A stretch of 64,000 nt of DNA from a virus: IMG/VR virus record IMGVR_UViG_3300027865_000007; one strand, 5' to 3'. Position 1 is the first letter of the stretch. Every line of letters begins with the position of its first letter. Positions 44,047-53,669 of this stretch are shown here, piece after piece. A model generated the notes under the pieces. The model searched no databases. It saw only the letters and a list, made by a program, of their open reading frames with translations, and had not been told where the DNA came from. The position numbers were made by a program, and so were the translations under genes.

Positions 44047-44463
44047 ATGAGCGCATATAGACTAATCGAGTGCGAGATCTACGAGGGAGAGCACATCATT
44101 GAGGCTCTCGTAGAGATGGGGATTCCCCGCTCTTGCATCGAGGTTCACGATACCCCTCAGGCCCTTCAGGGCTACACCGGTGACACCCGGAGTACAAAGG
44201 GAAACATCATCGTCCGGAGGAAGCACGTCAACAAGCACCTCTCCGGAGGATCCAGCAACGACCTCGGGTTCGAGCTCAGGGACGGCAAGTACGCTGCCCA
44301 CGTCTCAAACTACGATCAGGGCTGGTGGAACCGAAAGCAGGACCGCTTTATGCAGGTTGCTGCAGCTTCCCAGGCGATCAAGGCTGCGAAAAAGCGCGGC
44401 TACCGCGTGACCAAGACTGAAGTAGAGGGTAAGATCAAGATCAAGCTCAAGAAGTCCTACTAG
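44047..44463 (+). CDS. hypothetical protein
   Basis: 138-aa ORF. Confidence 0.45.
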   Translation: MSAYRLIECEIYEGEHIIEALVEMGIPRSCIEVHDTPQALQGYTGDTRSTKGNIIVRRKHVNKHLSGGSSNDLGFELRDGKYAAHVSNYDQGWWNRKQDRFMQVAAASQAIKAAKKRGYRVTKTEVEGKIKIKLKKSY

Positions 44464-44475
44464 TAGAGGAAGAAG

Positions 44476-46107
44476 ATGATCGAAGAACTCATTGCCTGCG
44501 ACGAGGCCAGGATCCCTGTGATCTGGTTCGTTACCCACGAAGAGTTGAGAGCAGAGGCCGAGATTGTCCGGTACACTAAGGACGATATGAAAGGCGAGCT
44601 CTGGATCTGGTCCCTAACCTCTAACAAGGGACAGGCCGGGTGGGAACCACCTCAGGGAACCATAAAGAAGAACCTGAAGGTGCCGTTCATCCCGGAGGAG
44701 GATCAGGCCGAGGTCTCTGTTGCCATCAAGACCTTCATCGATTTCGTAGCAGCAGAGGAAGAGGCGGCCGAAGCAGACGACCGCGAGGCAAAGAAGTACG
44801 TTGCTCTCATTCGAGACCCCCACGTCTTCTTGGACGAGGATATGTCCTTCAGGAGGATGCTCCGGGACGCGGCCAGAGAGCTGAGGGACACTGACTCGAC
44901 TATCGTCTGCGTTTCGCCGATCGATATGCTTCCCACGGATCTGAAGACCGACGTAGTGAAGATCCACGCTGGCCTGCCCAAGCAGGAGACCATCGAGAAG
45001 ATGATGAAGAACCAGCTGGAGGACTACGAAATTCCCATCACGGCGAAGGCGCTTAGTAAGCTGTCCGGAGCCTGTTGCGGAATGACCCTCCAGCAGTCCG
45101 CAGATACCCTAGCAAAGAGCCTTACCAAGTTCGGTGAGATCAACATCCAGTTCATCTCCCGGGCTAAGACAGAGGCAATCTCTAAGGTCTCAGGGCTAAG
45201 GTACGAGGGAAAGACCCCTTCGATGGATGAGGTCGGAGGCCTAGCCGGCATCAAGGAGTGGATGCTAGAGAGAGCCGGAGGATTCTCCCAAGAGGCCAGA
45301 GACTTCGGCCTACCGTCTCCAAGAGGCGTTCTCTGCCTTGGTATTCCGGGCACCGGAAAGAGCCTCTTCTCAAAGGCCGTGGCAGCGATGCTCGACCTCC
45401 CGCTTATCGCCCTGACCACCCCGGATCTGAAGGGTGGCATCGTAGGTGAGACGGAGGAGAACGTCAGGAATGCATTCGACACGATCAACACCATCGGCAA
45501 CTGCGTGGTCAGGATCGACGAGATGGAGAAGGGCCTTCCGTCCTCGGAGGGAAGGAATCTAGACGCTGGTGCCAGCGACGCTGTCCTCGGTGGGCTCTTG
45601 AAGTGGATGCAGGACAGAGAGAGCGGAGCATTCCTCGTGGCTACGGCCAACGATATCTCCGCAATGAGGCCAGAGCTCCTCAGGAAGGGAAGGTTCGACG
45701 CAATCTTTTTCGTTGATCTCCCAGATCTCGAAGAGAGGAAAGAGATCTTCCTGATCCACCTGGCAAAGAGGAACAGGAAGCTCAGCAGCCAGGACATCGC
45801 GACAGTCTCGATGGAGACAAAAGGATACTCCGGCGCTGAGATTGAGGCATCCGTCATCGATGGCCTCTGGAAGGCCTGGAGCGACGGCAAGAGGAAGATG
45901 ACTACGGACGACATCCTGTCTTGCATCAGGATGGATGTCCCCCTCAGCCAGACGATGGCCGAGCACATCAAGGCTCTGAGAGAGTGGGCCGACAAGAGGG
46001 CAAGGTCTGCCTCCAAGACCACGGCGGATATGGCCGGGCTTAGCAAGGATAAGAAGTCCACGAAGAAGCCTGGCAGACGGAAGCTGAAGCTCGAGAAGGC
46101 GAATTAG
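44476..46107 (+). CDS. AAA+ ATPase (classic clade) with about 260-aa N-terminal domain
   Basis: Walker A GIPGTGKS, Walker B VVRIDEME, sensor ATAN, arginine finger region GRFD. Confidence 0.8.
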   Translation: MIEELIACDEARIPVIWFVTHEELRAEAEIVRYTKDDMKGELWIWSLTSNKGQAGWEPPQGTIKKNLKVPFIPEEDQAEVSVAIKTFIDFVAAEEEAAEADDREAKKYVALIRDPHVFLDEDMSFRRMLRDAARELRDTDSTIVCVSPIDMLPTDLKTDVVKIHAGLPKQETIEKMMKNQLEDYEIPITAKALSKLSGACCGMTLQQSADTLAKSLTKFGEINIQFISRAKTEAISKVSGLRYEGKTPSMDEVGGLAGIKEWMLERAGGFSQEARDFGLPSPRGVLCLGIPGTGKSLFSKAVAAMLDLPLIALTTPDLKGGIVGETEENVRNAFDTINTIGNCVVRIDEMEKGLPSSEGRNLDAGASDAVLGGLLKWMQDRESGAFLVATANDISAMRPELLRKGRFDAIFFVDLPDLEERKEIFLIHLAKRNRKLSSQDIATVSMETKGYSGAEIEASVIDGLWKAWSDGKRKMTTDDILSCIRMDVPLSQTMAEHIKALREWADKRARSASKTTADMAGLSKDKKSTKKPGRRKLKLEKAN

Positions 46108-46131
46108 AGCAACCCTATAGCCCCGACGGGG

Positions 46132-47031
46132 ATGATAGTTATGGCAAAGAAGAAGCCAGCCAAGTCTAAGAAGACCGAGAAGCCTAAGATCAGACGGTTC
46201 ACCCTTGTCGAAGGTGGCAAGAAGCGATTCTGGCAGATCTCTCTCTTCAACGCAGAGGATCCCGTTCGCGTCGTGAGAAATTGGGGCAGGATCGGAGCCA
46301 AAGGTCGAGAGAAGGTTCAGACCTTCAACGCGGCGGGATCTGCCAAGCAACTCTTCGACGATATGATCGCAGAGAAGGTTGGCCGGGGCTACAAGGAGAC
46401 TAAGGTCAAAGGCCTAGTCGAGACATCCCCAGGGGTCTGGGTAATCGCAGAGGAAGAAGAGCCAAAGGAAGCTTTCTTCGAGAAGCCCGAGAAGAAGGTT
46501 GCGAAGCCACCTAAGCTACCAAAGAACTGGCCTGAGGTGAAGAAAAATCTCCTGCCCGAGGAGATTGTCCTCTACGAGAAGCACAACGATACTAGGACTC
46601 GTCAGAGGCGGGCGGCCCTGTGCAAGAAGCATACTCCGCTGCTTAGGCCCACGGCAGTACATGGGAAGGAGACCAAAGCACTCCGAGAAACAGTGTGGGT
46701 TCTTCTCAGGTGTGCATACCTCAGGTTCCTGCTGGAGCTTTCCCTCTACAATCCTGACACCACGGATGCAGGAAGGTCGGCCCTAACAGCTCTCGCGGCG
46801 AAGCTAGAGAAACTTCCCTCGAGCCAAAAGAAGTATGTGAACGAGAAGCTTGCTCCCATCACTTCCGACAAGGCTAAGGGTGGGTTCAGCATCAAGAGTG
46901 CCGAGGAAGGTATCAATGCTTTCTCTCTCGAAATGATCAGAGAGATCAATGAGAAAGAGAAGATCGGGTACGGAGGAATCAACCGAAAGAGAGCGAAGAG
47001 GCTCGCCGGTCGATTGAAGAGAGCAACGTAA
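46132..47031 (+). CDS. WGR-domain protein with C-terminal extension
   Basis: KRFWQISLFNAEDPVRVVRNWGRIGAKGREKVQTF...GYKE matches the WGR domain. Confidence 0.6.
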   Translation: MIVMAKKKPAKSKKTEKPKIRRFTLVEGGKKRFWQISLFNAEDPVRVVRNWGRIGAKGREKVQTFNAAGSAKQLFDDMIAEKVGRGYKETKVKGLVETSPGVWVIAEEEEPKEAFFEKPEKKVAKPPKLPKNWPEVKKNLLPEEIVLYEKHNDTRTRQRRAALCKKHTPLLRPTAVHGKETKALRETVWVLLRCAYLRFLLELSLYNPDTTDAGRSALTALAAKLEKLPSSQKKYVNEKLAPITSDKAKGGFSIKSAEEGINAFSLEMIREINEKEKIGYGGINRKRAKRLAGRLKRAT

Positions 47032-47624
47032 TGTACTGGTTCGTAGCAGATACCCACTTTGGCCACGACAACATCCGTCGCTACTGCGACCGCCCGTTCT
47101 CTTCAGTAGGGGAGATGGACGATGCTCTCATAGGAACCTTCTCTAAGCTAGTGAAGAAGGGCGACACTCTTATCCACGCAGGCGACATCGCAATGAACCC
47201 GAAGTTTATCCTGCGGTTCCTCGACTCAATCGACGGCAAGATCCTCTACTGCTTCGGCAACCACGACAAGAAGAAGCATAGAGGGATTATCAAAGACCAC
47301 CCGGCGGTGATACACACCGGAGAGCTAATAGCCGGAGACATAGAAGGTAATCACGTTGTAGCGTGCCACTATGCAATGAGAGTCTGGGACAGAAGCCACC
47401 ACGGCTCTACCCACGTCTACGGACACTCCCACGGAACTCTACCTCCTATGGCAGGCTCACTCGACATAGGTATCGACAATGCTTTCAGGCTGTTAGGAGA
47501 GTATCGACCGTTCTCTCTCGAAGAGGTTCTCAAGTTCTCTTCAGAAAAGGGTCTAGAGAAACAGGAAGAAATCATTTATGCTTATGTAGAGCACCTCCAC
47601 AAGACGGTGGGCTCCGGGGAGTAA
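47031..47624 (+). CDS. calcineurin-like metallophosphoesterase
   Basis: VADTHFGH, AGDIAMN, GNHD, GHSHG. Confidence 0.65.
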   Translation: MYWFVADTHFGHDNIRRYCDRPFSSVGEMDDALIGTFSKLVKKGDTLIHAGDIAMNPKFILRFLDSIDGKILYCFGNHDKKKHRGIIKDHPAVIHTGELIAGDIEGNHVVACHYAMRVWDRSHHGSTHVYGHSHGTLPPMAGSLDIGIDNAFRLLGEYRPFSLEEVLKFSSEKGLEKQEEIIYAYVEHLHKTVGSGE

Positions 47625-47864
47625 ATGTCCGAAGAAAAGAAGCCCGCCAGAACCAAAGGTCTCTCAAGAAAAAGAGCTGCCGAAGCTATATGCTGGGAGT
47701 GTCTTGGAGGAAAGACTAGAGAGAACTGCCAATCCCCTTGGTGTCCTCTATATGCATTCAGAAGCGGAGTAGAACAATCGGACTGCAAGTTGTGGTGGAT
47801 GGAGCCTAAGTCGGAGTGGGAGAAGCTCTACAGGAAGAAGAGTAAGGAGGATGAAGGAGAGTGA
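47625..47864 (+). CDS. small Cys-rich protein
   Basis: CWEC ... CQSPWC. Confidence 0.35.
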   Translation: MSEEKKPARTKGLSRKRAAEAICWECLGGKTRENCQSPWCPLYAFRSGVEQSDCKLWWMEPKSEWEKLYRKKSKEDEGE

Positions 47865-48120
47865 TGCCTACCCGTGGGAAGTTCGAGTACTTCTAACTGA
47901 GGAAGCTCTCAAGAGAGATGCAGCAGTAATAGACATCCTCGACGAGCTTGTATCTACAAGTCTCGCCTACCATTGTCCATACTGTGGGAAGAGAAAACCG
48001 TTCGAGACCTGTCGGTCTTGCAAATATCTAGAGAGCTGTATTGAAGGCGGCGTGCTGGGATGCCCCGGCTGCCTGAATTGCGAAGGTATAAGTGGAAAAC
48101 TCCGAGCTGTTGAGGACTAA
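47851..48120 (+). CDS. small Cys-rich zinc-binding protein
   Basis: CPYC ... CRSC ... CPGCLNC. Confidence 0.35.
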   Translation: MKESDAYPWEVRVLLTEEALKRDAAVIDILDELVSTSLAYHCPYCGKRKPFETCRSCKYLESCIEGGVLGCPGCLNCEGISGKLRAVED

Positions 48121-49726
48121 AGCCCTCGCAGGACTAGAAGAGAGAGGGCTCTCAGGTAAGCAAGAGTATGTAGACCGCCTAGAGTATGAACTCGAAACCA
48201 TTGAGAAGCTAGGATTCACGACCTACTTCCTTGTGATGTGCGACATCGTGAGGTTTGCCAGAGAGAACGACATCCTCTATGGCCCCGGTCGCGGGAGCGG
48301 AGCTGGAAGTCTACTGAACTACTGCCTAAAGATCACGCTCATCGACCCACTAAAGTACGGGCTCCACTTCGAGAGGTTCCTGAACCCCAATAGGGTATCT
48401 CCACCAGACATTGACTGGGACACCGCCGATCGAGGTAGAATTATTGAGTATCTCGAGGGAAAGTACGGTAAGGACAGAGTCGCTCGCGTGGGTACAGTCA
48501 ACTTCCTGAGAACGAAGAGCGCTATCAGAGACATCGGTAGAGTCCTTGAGAAAGAGTTCAAGTTCATAGACAACCTAGCTGAGCTTGTACCTCCGCCCGT
48601 CGCCGGCCTCTGGGATAGTTTTGACCGGGAGGCTGAGGTCGAGCCAGAACTCCTCTCGTCTAGGTACCAAGAGATCATAGACCCCACTAGGAAGCTCTGG
48701 GGGGTACTCAGGAGCTATGGTACACACGCAGGAGGGGTTGCTATAGCCCCCATACCAATCAGCGAGATGGCGCCCCTCTACAAGGATAAGGACGGTAATC
48801 CAGTCTCTCAGTTCGACTGGAGAGACCTCGAGAAGGCAGGGCTACTCAAGTTCGATATCCTAGGGCTAAACACCTTGGAGGTAATCCAGCTGACCCTGAA
48901 ATATCTGAAGGTCGACGCGATAGACCTTGATCTAGAGAGTCTCGAGGACGGAGACCCAGACGCATACAAGATGATTTGCAGCGGCGATCTTGATGGGGTA
49001 TTCCAGCTCGGCGGGAGTGAGTCAATCAAGCAGCTCACAGTCTCTATGTCTCCCAAATGCATTGAGGATCTCGCCCTTGTGACGAGTCTCTACCGCCCAG
49101 GCCCTCTATCTAGTGGAATGGTCGATGGCGCCGTGAGGGTCAAGCAAGGGAAGGCTACTCCTAAGTACATCGACCCCATACTTGCCCCAATCTTGGACGT
49201 GACGCACGGCGTTCCTGTCTTCCAGGAACAGATTATGAATATCTGCACTGACCTATGTGGGTATACCCTTCCCGAAGCAGACAAGATGCGGAAGATTGTA
49301 GGTAAGAAGCTCAAGAAAGAGATGCCCAAACAGAAGAAGATGTTCGTGGAAGGAGCCATTGCAAATGGGGTACCTCGGAGCGGAGCCGAAAAACTTTTCG
49401 GACAGATAGAGGATTACGCTCAGTACCTGTTCAACAAGACACACGCAGTCGCTTACTCCGTAATAACGTACTGGACGGCATACCTAAAGGCCCATCATCC
49501 AATAGCTTTCTACGCTAGCCTCCTCGCTTGCGAGAAACATCCAGACAAGAGAACGCAGTACGCGAGCACGATCAAAACGGCGGGGATAGACATTCTTCCA
49601 CCCGATGTAAATCTATCGGGCTTCTATCACCAGCCAGAGGGAAACGCAATCAGGTTTGGCCTCAGCCACATCAAAGGGATGGCCACGGCTACCGCTCAAG
49701 AGATCGTAGACCTTAGAAATGACTAG
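48092..49726 (+). CDS. dnaE: DNA polymerase III alpha (DnaE) fragment 2: palm/thumb/fingers core
   Basis: GFTTYFLVMCDIV ... GPGRGSGAGSLLNYCL ... FERFLNP ... PDIDWD and later blocks; starts exactly where piece 1 ends in DnaE alignment. Confidence 0.9.
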   Translation: MENSELLRTKALAGLEERGLSGKQEYVDRLEYELETIEKLGFTTYFLVMCDIVRFARENDILYGPGRGSGAGSLLNYCLKITLIDPLKYGLHFERFLNPNRVSPPDIDWDTADRGRIIEYLEGKYGKDRVARVGTVNFLRTKSAIRDIGRVLEKEFKFIDNLAELVPPPVAGLWDSFDREAEVEPELLSSRYQEIIDPTRKLWGVLRSYGTHAGGVAIAPIPISEMAPLYKDKDGNPVSQFDWRDLEKAGLLKFDILGLNTLEVIQLTLKYLKVDAIDLDLESLEDGDPDAYKMICSGDLDGVFQLGGSESIKQLTVSMSPKCIEDLALVTSLYRPGPLSSGMVDGAVRVKQGKATPKYIDPILAPILDVTHGVPVFQEQIMNICTDLCGYTLPEADKMRKIVGKKLKKEMPKQKKMFVEGAIANGVPRSGAEKLFGQIEDYAQYLFNKTHAVAYSVITYWTAYLKAHHPIAFYASLLACEKHPDKRTQYASTIKTAGIDILPPDVNLSGFYHQPEGNAIRFGLSHIKGMATATAQEIVDLRND

Positions 49727-49803
49727 AAGCTCAGTAAAACATAATGTAGTAGCAGGGGAGGCAAGATGCTACTATCACGCGTGCACTTGAGTAGGAAAAC
49801 TCG

Positions 49804-50889
49804 ATGACAATTTCCTCGATCAGGGACATCGTCGAAAGAACTTCTGCTAATGCCAAAGCCCTTGAGTGCTTAGGGAAGGCGGGAGCCTTCAACAACCTAG
49901 AGGACGGGCTAAACGAGCTAGAGGCAGCCGAGTACGGTCGGGAGATGGTAGTCTACCTCCGCGATCTAGGGAAGTTCAAGGAGCGTTCTGCTAAGCACGC
50001 TGAGTCTCTCCATCAGAAGGAAGAGAAGTTCCGAGATAAGGTAGAGGCCCGCCGCGTTCGAATGGAAGAGAAGGATGCCAAGTACCAGAAGAAGCTAACC
50101 GAGTACGAGGCCCGGCTAGCCGAGGTACAGGTAAAGAATGCAGCGAGAGGCGATAAGAAACCCCTAAAGGAACCCGTAAAACCACTACCACCGAAGCCTC
50201 TGAAAGGCGTTGAGTATCCAAAGCCTTCGAAGGTTCCAACAGAACCACCAGAACCACCGAGACCTAGGATTGCCCTCTCACAGCGGGAGAGAGTCCGCCT
50301 CCAGAGAGAGATGCTCTACATCTATCTCACAGGCCATCCCCTCGACGAGGCCCTGCCCGAGAATGGACTCACTCCAATTGGAGATCTAGCCCTGCTAGTT
50401 TCTCCCGACGGCGAAGAGGTTCCTAAGAAAAAGAGAAAGAAGATAGTCGTAACAATTCGTGGCGTGCTGCTATCACATAAGGTCACGAATACTCGAAGCA
50501 AAAAGCTTATGGCCAGACTCCGTCTCGAGGACAAGACAGGTAGCATAGAGGTAGTAGTCTTCCCTGCCCTCTATGACTCCCTAAAGGGCCTCCTAACCGA
50601 CGGTGAAATATATAAAGTGACAGGAGAGGTCGACACGACAAAGAATGTTGGTGACGACGGAGAAGAGCGCTCACATACCCAAGTAAAGGGTAAGAAAGTT
50701 AGAGCTGTCAGGATTGGCAGCGATAAGGAGTGGGATATCAACTACCCGCTCCTGCGGGGAGGACTTAGGATTCTCCCAGGACCAGCGCAGAAATCGAAAG
50801 GACTTGCTGCGAGTACCATAATGCAGCAGGCCCGAAAGACTATCGAGGCAAGGATTGAAGCACTTCGACAGAGTTCAACGCTACTGTGA
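49804..50889 (+). CDS. dnaE: DNA polymerase III alpha (DnaE) fragment 3: C-terminal HhH/OB-fold region
   Basis: KALECLGKAGAFNNL (HhH region) and OB-fold VVTIRGVLLSHKV...LRLEDKTGSIEVVVFPALYDSL. Separated from piece 2 by a TAG stop and a 78-nt spacer in a different frame, with its own RBS. Confidence 0.8.
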   Translation: MTISSIRDIVERTSANAKALECLGKAGAFNNLEDGLNELEAAEYGREMVVYLRDLGKFKERSAKHAESLHQKEEKFRDKVEARRVRMEEKDAKYQKKLTEYEARLAEVQVKNAARGDKKPLKEPVKPLPPKPLKGVEYPKPSKVPTEPPEPPRPRIALSQRERVRLQREMLYIYLTGHPLDEALPENGLTPIGDLALLVSPDGEEVPKKKRKKIVVTIRGVLLSHKVTNTRSKKLMARLRLEDKTGSIEVVVFPALYDSLKGLLTDGEIYKVTGEVDTTKNVGDDGEERSHTQVKGKKVRAVRIGSDKEWDINYPLLRGGLRILPGPAQKSKGLAASTIMQQARKTIEARIEALRQSSTLL

Positions 50890-51724
50890 CGGATTTAGAG
50901 ACAAATTAGGAGACTGTGAAGAGATTAGGCCTAGCCCTGTAGGCAAGAAGAGAACGAAGATCGTCGCAATATCTGACCTTCACGTTCCCTTCTGCAGGGA
51001 GGACCTAGTCAAGGAGATTGCTAAGAAGCATTCAGGAGCAGACGAGTGTGTGGTCACCGGAGACCTATTCGACTGCAACCTAATCTCCGTATTCCCGAAA
51101 GAGAAGGAAATTCCGTTTGCGATTGAGTATGCAGCGGTCTTTGAGCTAGTCTATGCCCTCTCTCAGAACTTCGGCAAGGTCACCCTCGTAGATGGGAACC
51201 ACGACTTTGGCAGGTTCGCCCGAGAGATGGGAAAGATCAACCCCACCATCAAGTTCCTAGTCAAGGAAAGCCCTCTAAAGTATGTTGCCGAGGGACGCTC
51301 CTTCTCTCCTCAGGGAGAAGACCAGGGAACTATCAGTCTCCCCAATGTCTTCTACGCTGGAGAGAGTGGCCCCAGCTGGTGGCATAGAGTAGGAAAGACC
51401 ATCTTCGCCCACAGGCTAAGAGGATTCAGGAAAGCACCAATGGCGAATGCTGCCCACGTTGCCGACTGGTTCATCAATCGAGGTACCGACTTTCAGTGCC
51501 TCGTCAGCGCTCATAGCCATAGGGTCGGGATGATTCCCTACCGTGGAGGCAGAATTCTCATCGACCAGGGAGCCCTATGCTATCCGATGGCTTACGAGGT
51601 CGACGGGGGATGTAATCTCCCGCCAATGGACCTCGGTTATGCTATCGTCGAGATGGATTCCAAAGGTAATGTAGATCCGGTAGCTACTGGGCCTGTCTAC
51701 CTCGGAACTTATCAAGAGGTATAG
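50855..51724 (+). CDS. calcineurin-like metallophosphoesterase
   Basis: ISDLHVP, GDLFD, GNHD, AHSH. Confidence 0.6.
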   Translation: MKHFDRVQRYCDGFRDKLGDCEEIRPSPVGKKRTKIVAISDLHVPFCREDLVKEIAKKHSGADECVVTGDLFDCNLISVFPKEKEIPFAIEYAAVFELVYALSQNFGKVTLVDGNHDFGRFAREMGKINPTIKFLVKESPLKYVAEGRSFSPQGEDQGTISLPNVFYAGESGPSWWHRVGKTIFAHRLRGFRKAPMANAAHVADWFINRGTDFQCLVSAHSHRVGMIPYRGGRILIDQGALCYPMAYEVDGGCNLPPMDLGYAIVEMDSKGNVDPVATGPVYLGTYQEV

Positions 51725-52036
51725 ATGCCGCAGCGGAAGAGAAAGACCATCTGCTGTCCCGAGTGTGGGAGAGAGAAGGACATATCTATTTTCTTCCACA
51801 CGCTAGCTACTCTCAGAGCCCCCGTGAAGGACGGCATAGCCCAACTCGGAGATGATCTCCTCAGGGAACCGCAAATCGCCGGGACCGAAGTTGTCGTAAG
51901 GTACTCCAACTCAGACGGAACCACTAAGCTTATCTTCTTCGAAGAAGAGATGGAATTAGAGGTAGACTGTCCCAAATGTGGTAAAGCCTTCGACTTACCC
52001 AAAGGAACCGTTGTCGAATGCAAAGGTGCAAGATAA
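51725..52036 (+). CDS. zinc-ribbon protein
   Basis: CCPECG ... CPKCG. Confidence 0.4.
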   Translation: MPQRKRKTICCPECGREKDISIFFHTLATLRAPVKDGIAQLGDDLLREPQIAGTEVVVRYSNSDGTTKLIFFEEEMELEVDCPKCGKAFDLPKGTVVECKGAR

Positions 52037-52251
52037 GATTCTTCCTCCCCGGAAGGGTCGAGATTCAGGTTCAGGCAGGAGAAGAGGAGACCGTTGACGA
52101 TCTCCTAAAGTCGCTGACTGATGGCAAGGCTCCCACTTGGCTCGAAGAACTGATCCTCGGCAGTGTCCGTATAGAAGACATCGAGATAGAGGAGGCTAGA
52201 ATTCTAGGAGACCATCCGGACCTGGAGGAACCGCTAGACTTCGACCCCTAG
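52018..52251 (+). CDS. hypothetical acidic protein
   Basis: 77-aa ORF. Confidence 0.3.
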   Translation: MQRCKIRFFLPGRVEIQVQAGEEETVDDLLKSLTDGKAPTWLEELILGSVRIEDIEIEEARILGDHPDLEEPLDFDP

Positions 52252-52264
52252 GAATAACAAACGT

Positions 52265-53254
52265 ATGCTAGAAGACCCACGCTCGAATCTCTTCAAACTT
52301 TTCGAGGCGGCACTTCTTGACGGCAGGGGATTCCCCCACCAGAGTTCAGGAATGTGTCGTCCATCCGAGGCGTCCGTACAGATACAAACTAAGGCTGGTC
52401 CGCTTGTTATAGGATCCTGCAATAGGAAGCTCTGGTACCGACTAAATAAGGCGAAGGTTACGGAAGGAGACTACCTCGCCCATCAGATTCAGAGAATGAA
52501 TGTAGGTAAGGAAGTTGAGAACTCTGTAATAGAGACCTGTAAGAGAGAGGGGCTGTTTGTAGACAACAACATTTCCTTTAGAGTTGTAATGGACGGAGTT
52601 CCTGTCGCTGGCGAGATGGACCTTGTCCTTCGTACTAGCCCTTGCAGCGGCAAGAAGTACTGTATGGAGTGCAAGAGTATCTACGGGTACTATGCCACCA
52701 AGGAGACCTTCGGGAAGTCTCTAAAGATGGGAGGAGATGCAGGCAAGCCAAAGGATTCATATCTAATGCAGCTTGCCCTCTACCTCAACTACTTCTCTAG
52801 GCTACCTAAGACTGATCCATCCTACCTAGAGTTTGGTGCCCTATTCATCTGCGATAGAGGAGATGGACACTTCGGAGTCTTTGATGTCTGGCTAGAAGAG
52901 GAGACCCGGTTCATAACAGAGGATGAGCCAATCAAAGTTCATCGCATCCTCTACTCCTCTGATCATATGGGAGTACCGAAGACAGTAGTTCCGTACACCA
53001 CAGAAGACATCCTACATAGATATAGGACAGGGCTAGCTCACATAGACAAGCTTGACCCGCCCGAGAGAGACTTTGTCCTCGAGTTCGATAAAGAGATGGT
53101 AGAGATGCGGCACGAGCAGGGGAAGGTCTCTGCCTCGGCATATTCTAAGTGGACTAAGTCCCACGGCCCACGTGGTAAAGCAAAAGAGAAGTTGGGCGAC
53201 TGGCAATGTGGCTACTGCCCTTACAGGTCGCTCTGTTGGGAACTAAATACTTAG
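52265..53254 (+). CDS. PD-(D/E)xK nuclease, Cas4/RecB-like with C-terminal Fe-S Cys motif
   Basis: N-terminal Cys (GSCNRKLWY), DLVL...ECK core, C-terminal CGYCPYRSLC cluster. Confidence 0.5.
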   Translation: MLEDPRSNLFKLFEAALLDGRGFPHQSSGMCRPSEASVQIQTKAGPLVIGSCNRKLWYRLNKAKVTEGDYLAHQIQRMNVGKEVENSVIETCKREGLFVDNNISFRVVMDGVPVAGEMDLVLRTSPCSGKKYCMECKSIYGYYATKETFGKSLKMGGDAGKPKDSYLMQLALYLNYFSRLPKTDPSYLEFGALFICDRGDGHFGVFDVWLEEETRFITEDEPIKVHRILYSSDHMGVPKTVVPYTTEDILHRYRTGLAHIDKLDPPERDFVLEFDKEMVEMRHEQGKVSASAYSKWTKSHGPRGKAKEKLGDWQCGYCPYRSLCWELNT

Positions 53255-53263
53255 GAGTTCGAT

Positions 53264-53662
53264 ATGCTTGGACAATGTAAAGGCTGTGGCTCGTGGATTT
53301 CGGAGTGCAGCTGTACAACGACAACCGGCAGCATTGGCTACGGAACTATCGCGTACGGAGCCCCTTTCGGAGAGCTTACCCCCCTGCCATTAGAGTCGCC
53401 CCTTACTGATATACCAACCTATCTACCAACCTACTCTGCCCCAGACGAGCATATAAGGTCTGAAGAAGAGATCAGGGAGCTCCTGTCCAAGATCTTTATG
53501 TGGCTATCAGGGATGTCTGAGTATCCTGACGAACTCAGAGAAATCTTCGACCCGGGTGTAGTAGGAGAACCAGAGGACGAGCCTGATGATCTTATCCAAT
53601 GCCCAGAGAAGTCCGCTGTTCAGATTCTCCGCTGGGTCTTGAAGGAAATCGACCTACCCTAA
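53264..53662 (+). CDS. hypothetical protein with Cys-rich N-terminus
   Basis: CKGCGSWISECSC. Confidence 0.4.
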   Translation: MLGQCKGCGSWISECSCTTTTGSIGYGTIAYGAPFGELTPLPLESPLTDIPTYLPTYSAPDEHIRSEEEIRELLSKIFMWLSGMSEYPDELREIFDPGVVGEPEDEPDDLIQCPEKSAVQILRWVLKEIDLP

Positions 53663-53669
53663 GGAACCT

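Noticed and set aside
45024-46350. Long minus-strand ORFs (345 aa and 263 aa) overlapping the AAA+ ATPase gene
   Set aside because: They lie antisense to a strongly supported + strand gene with clear Walker motifs and have low-complexity Ser/Arg/Pro-rich translations with no RBS - typical antisense artefacts in GC-rich coding DNA. The same applies to the other minus-strand ORFs in the track; every supported gene is on the + strand.
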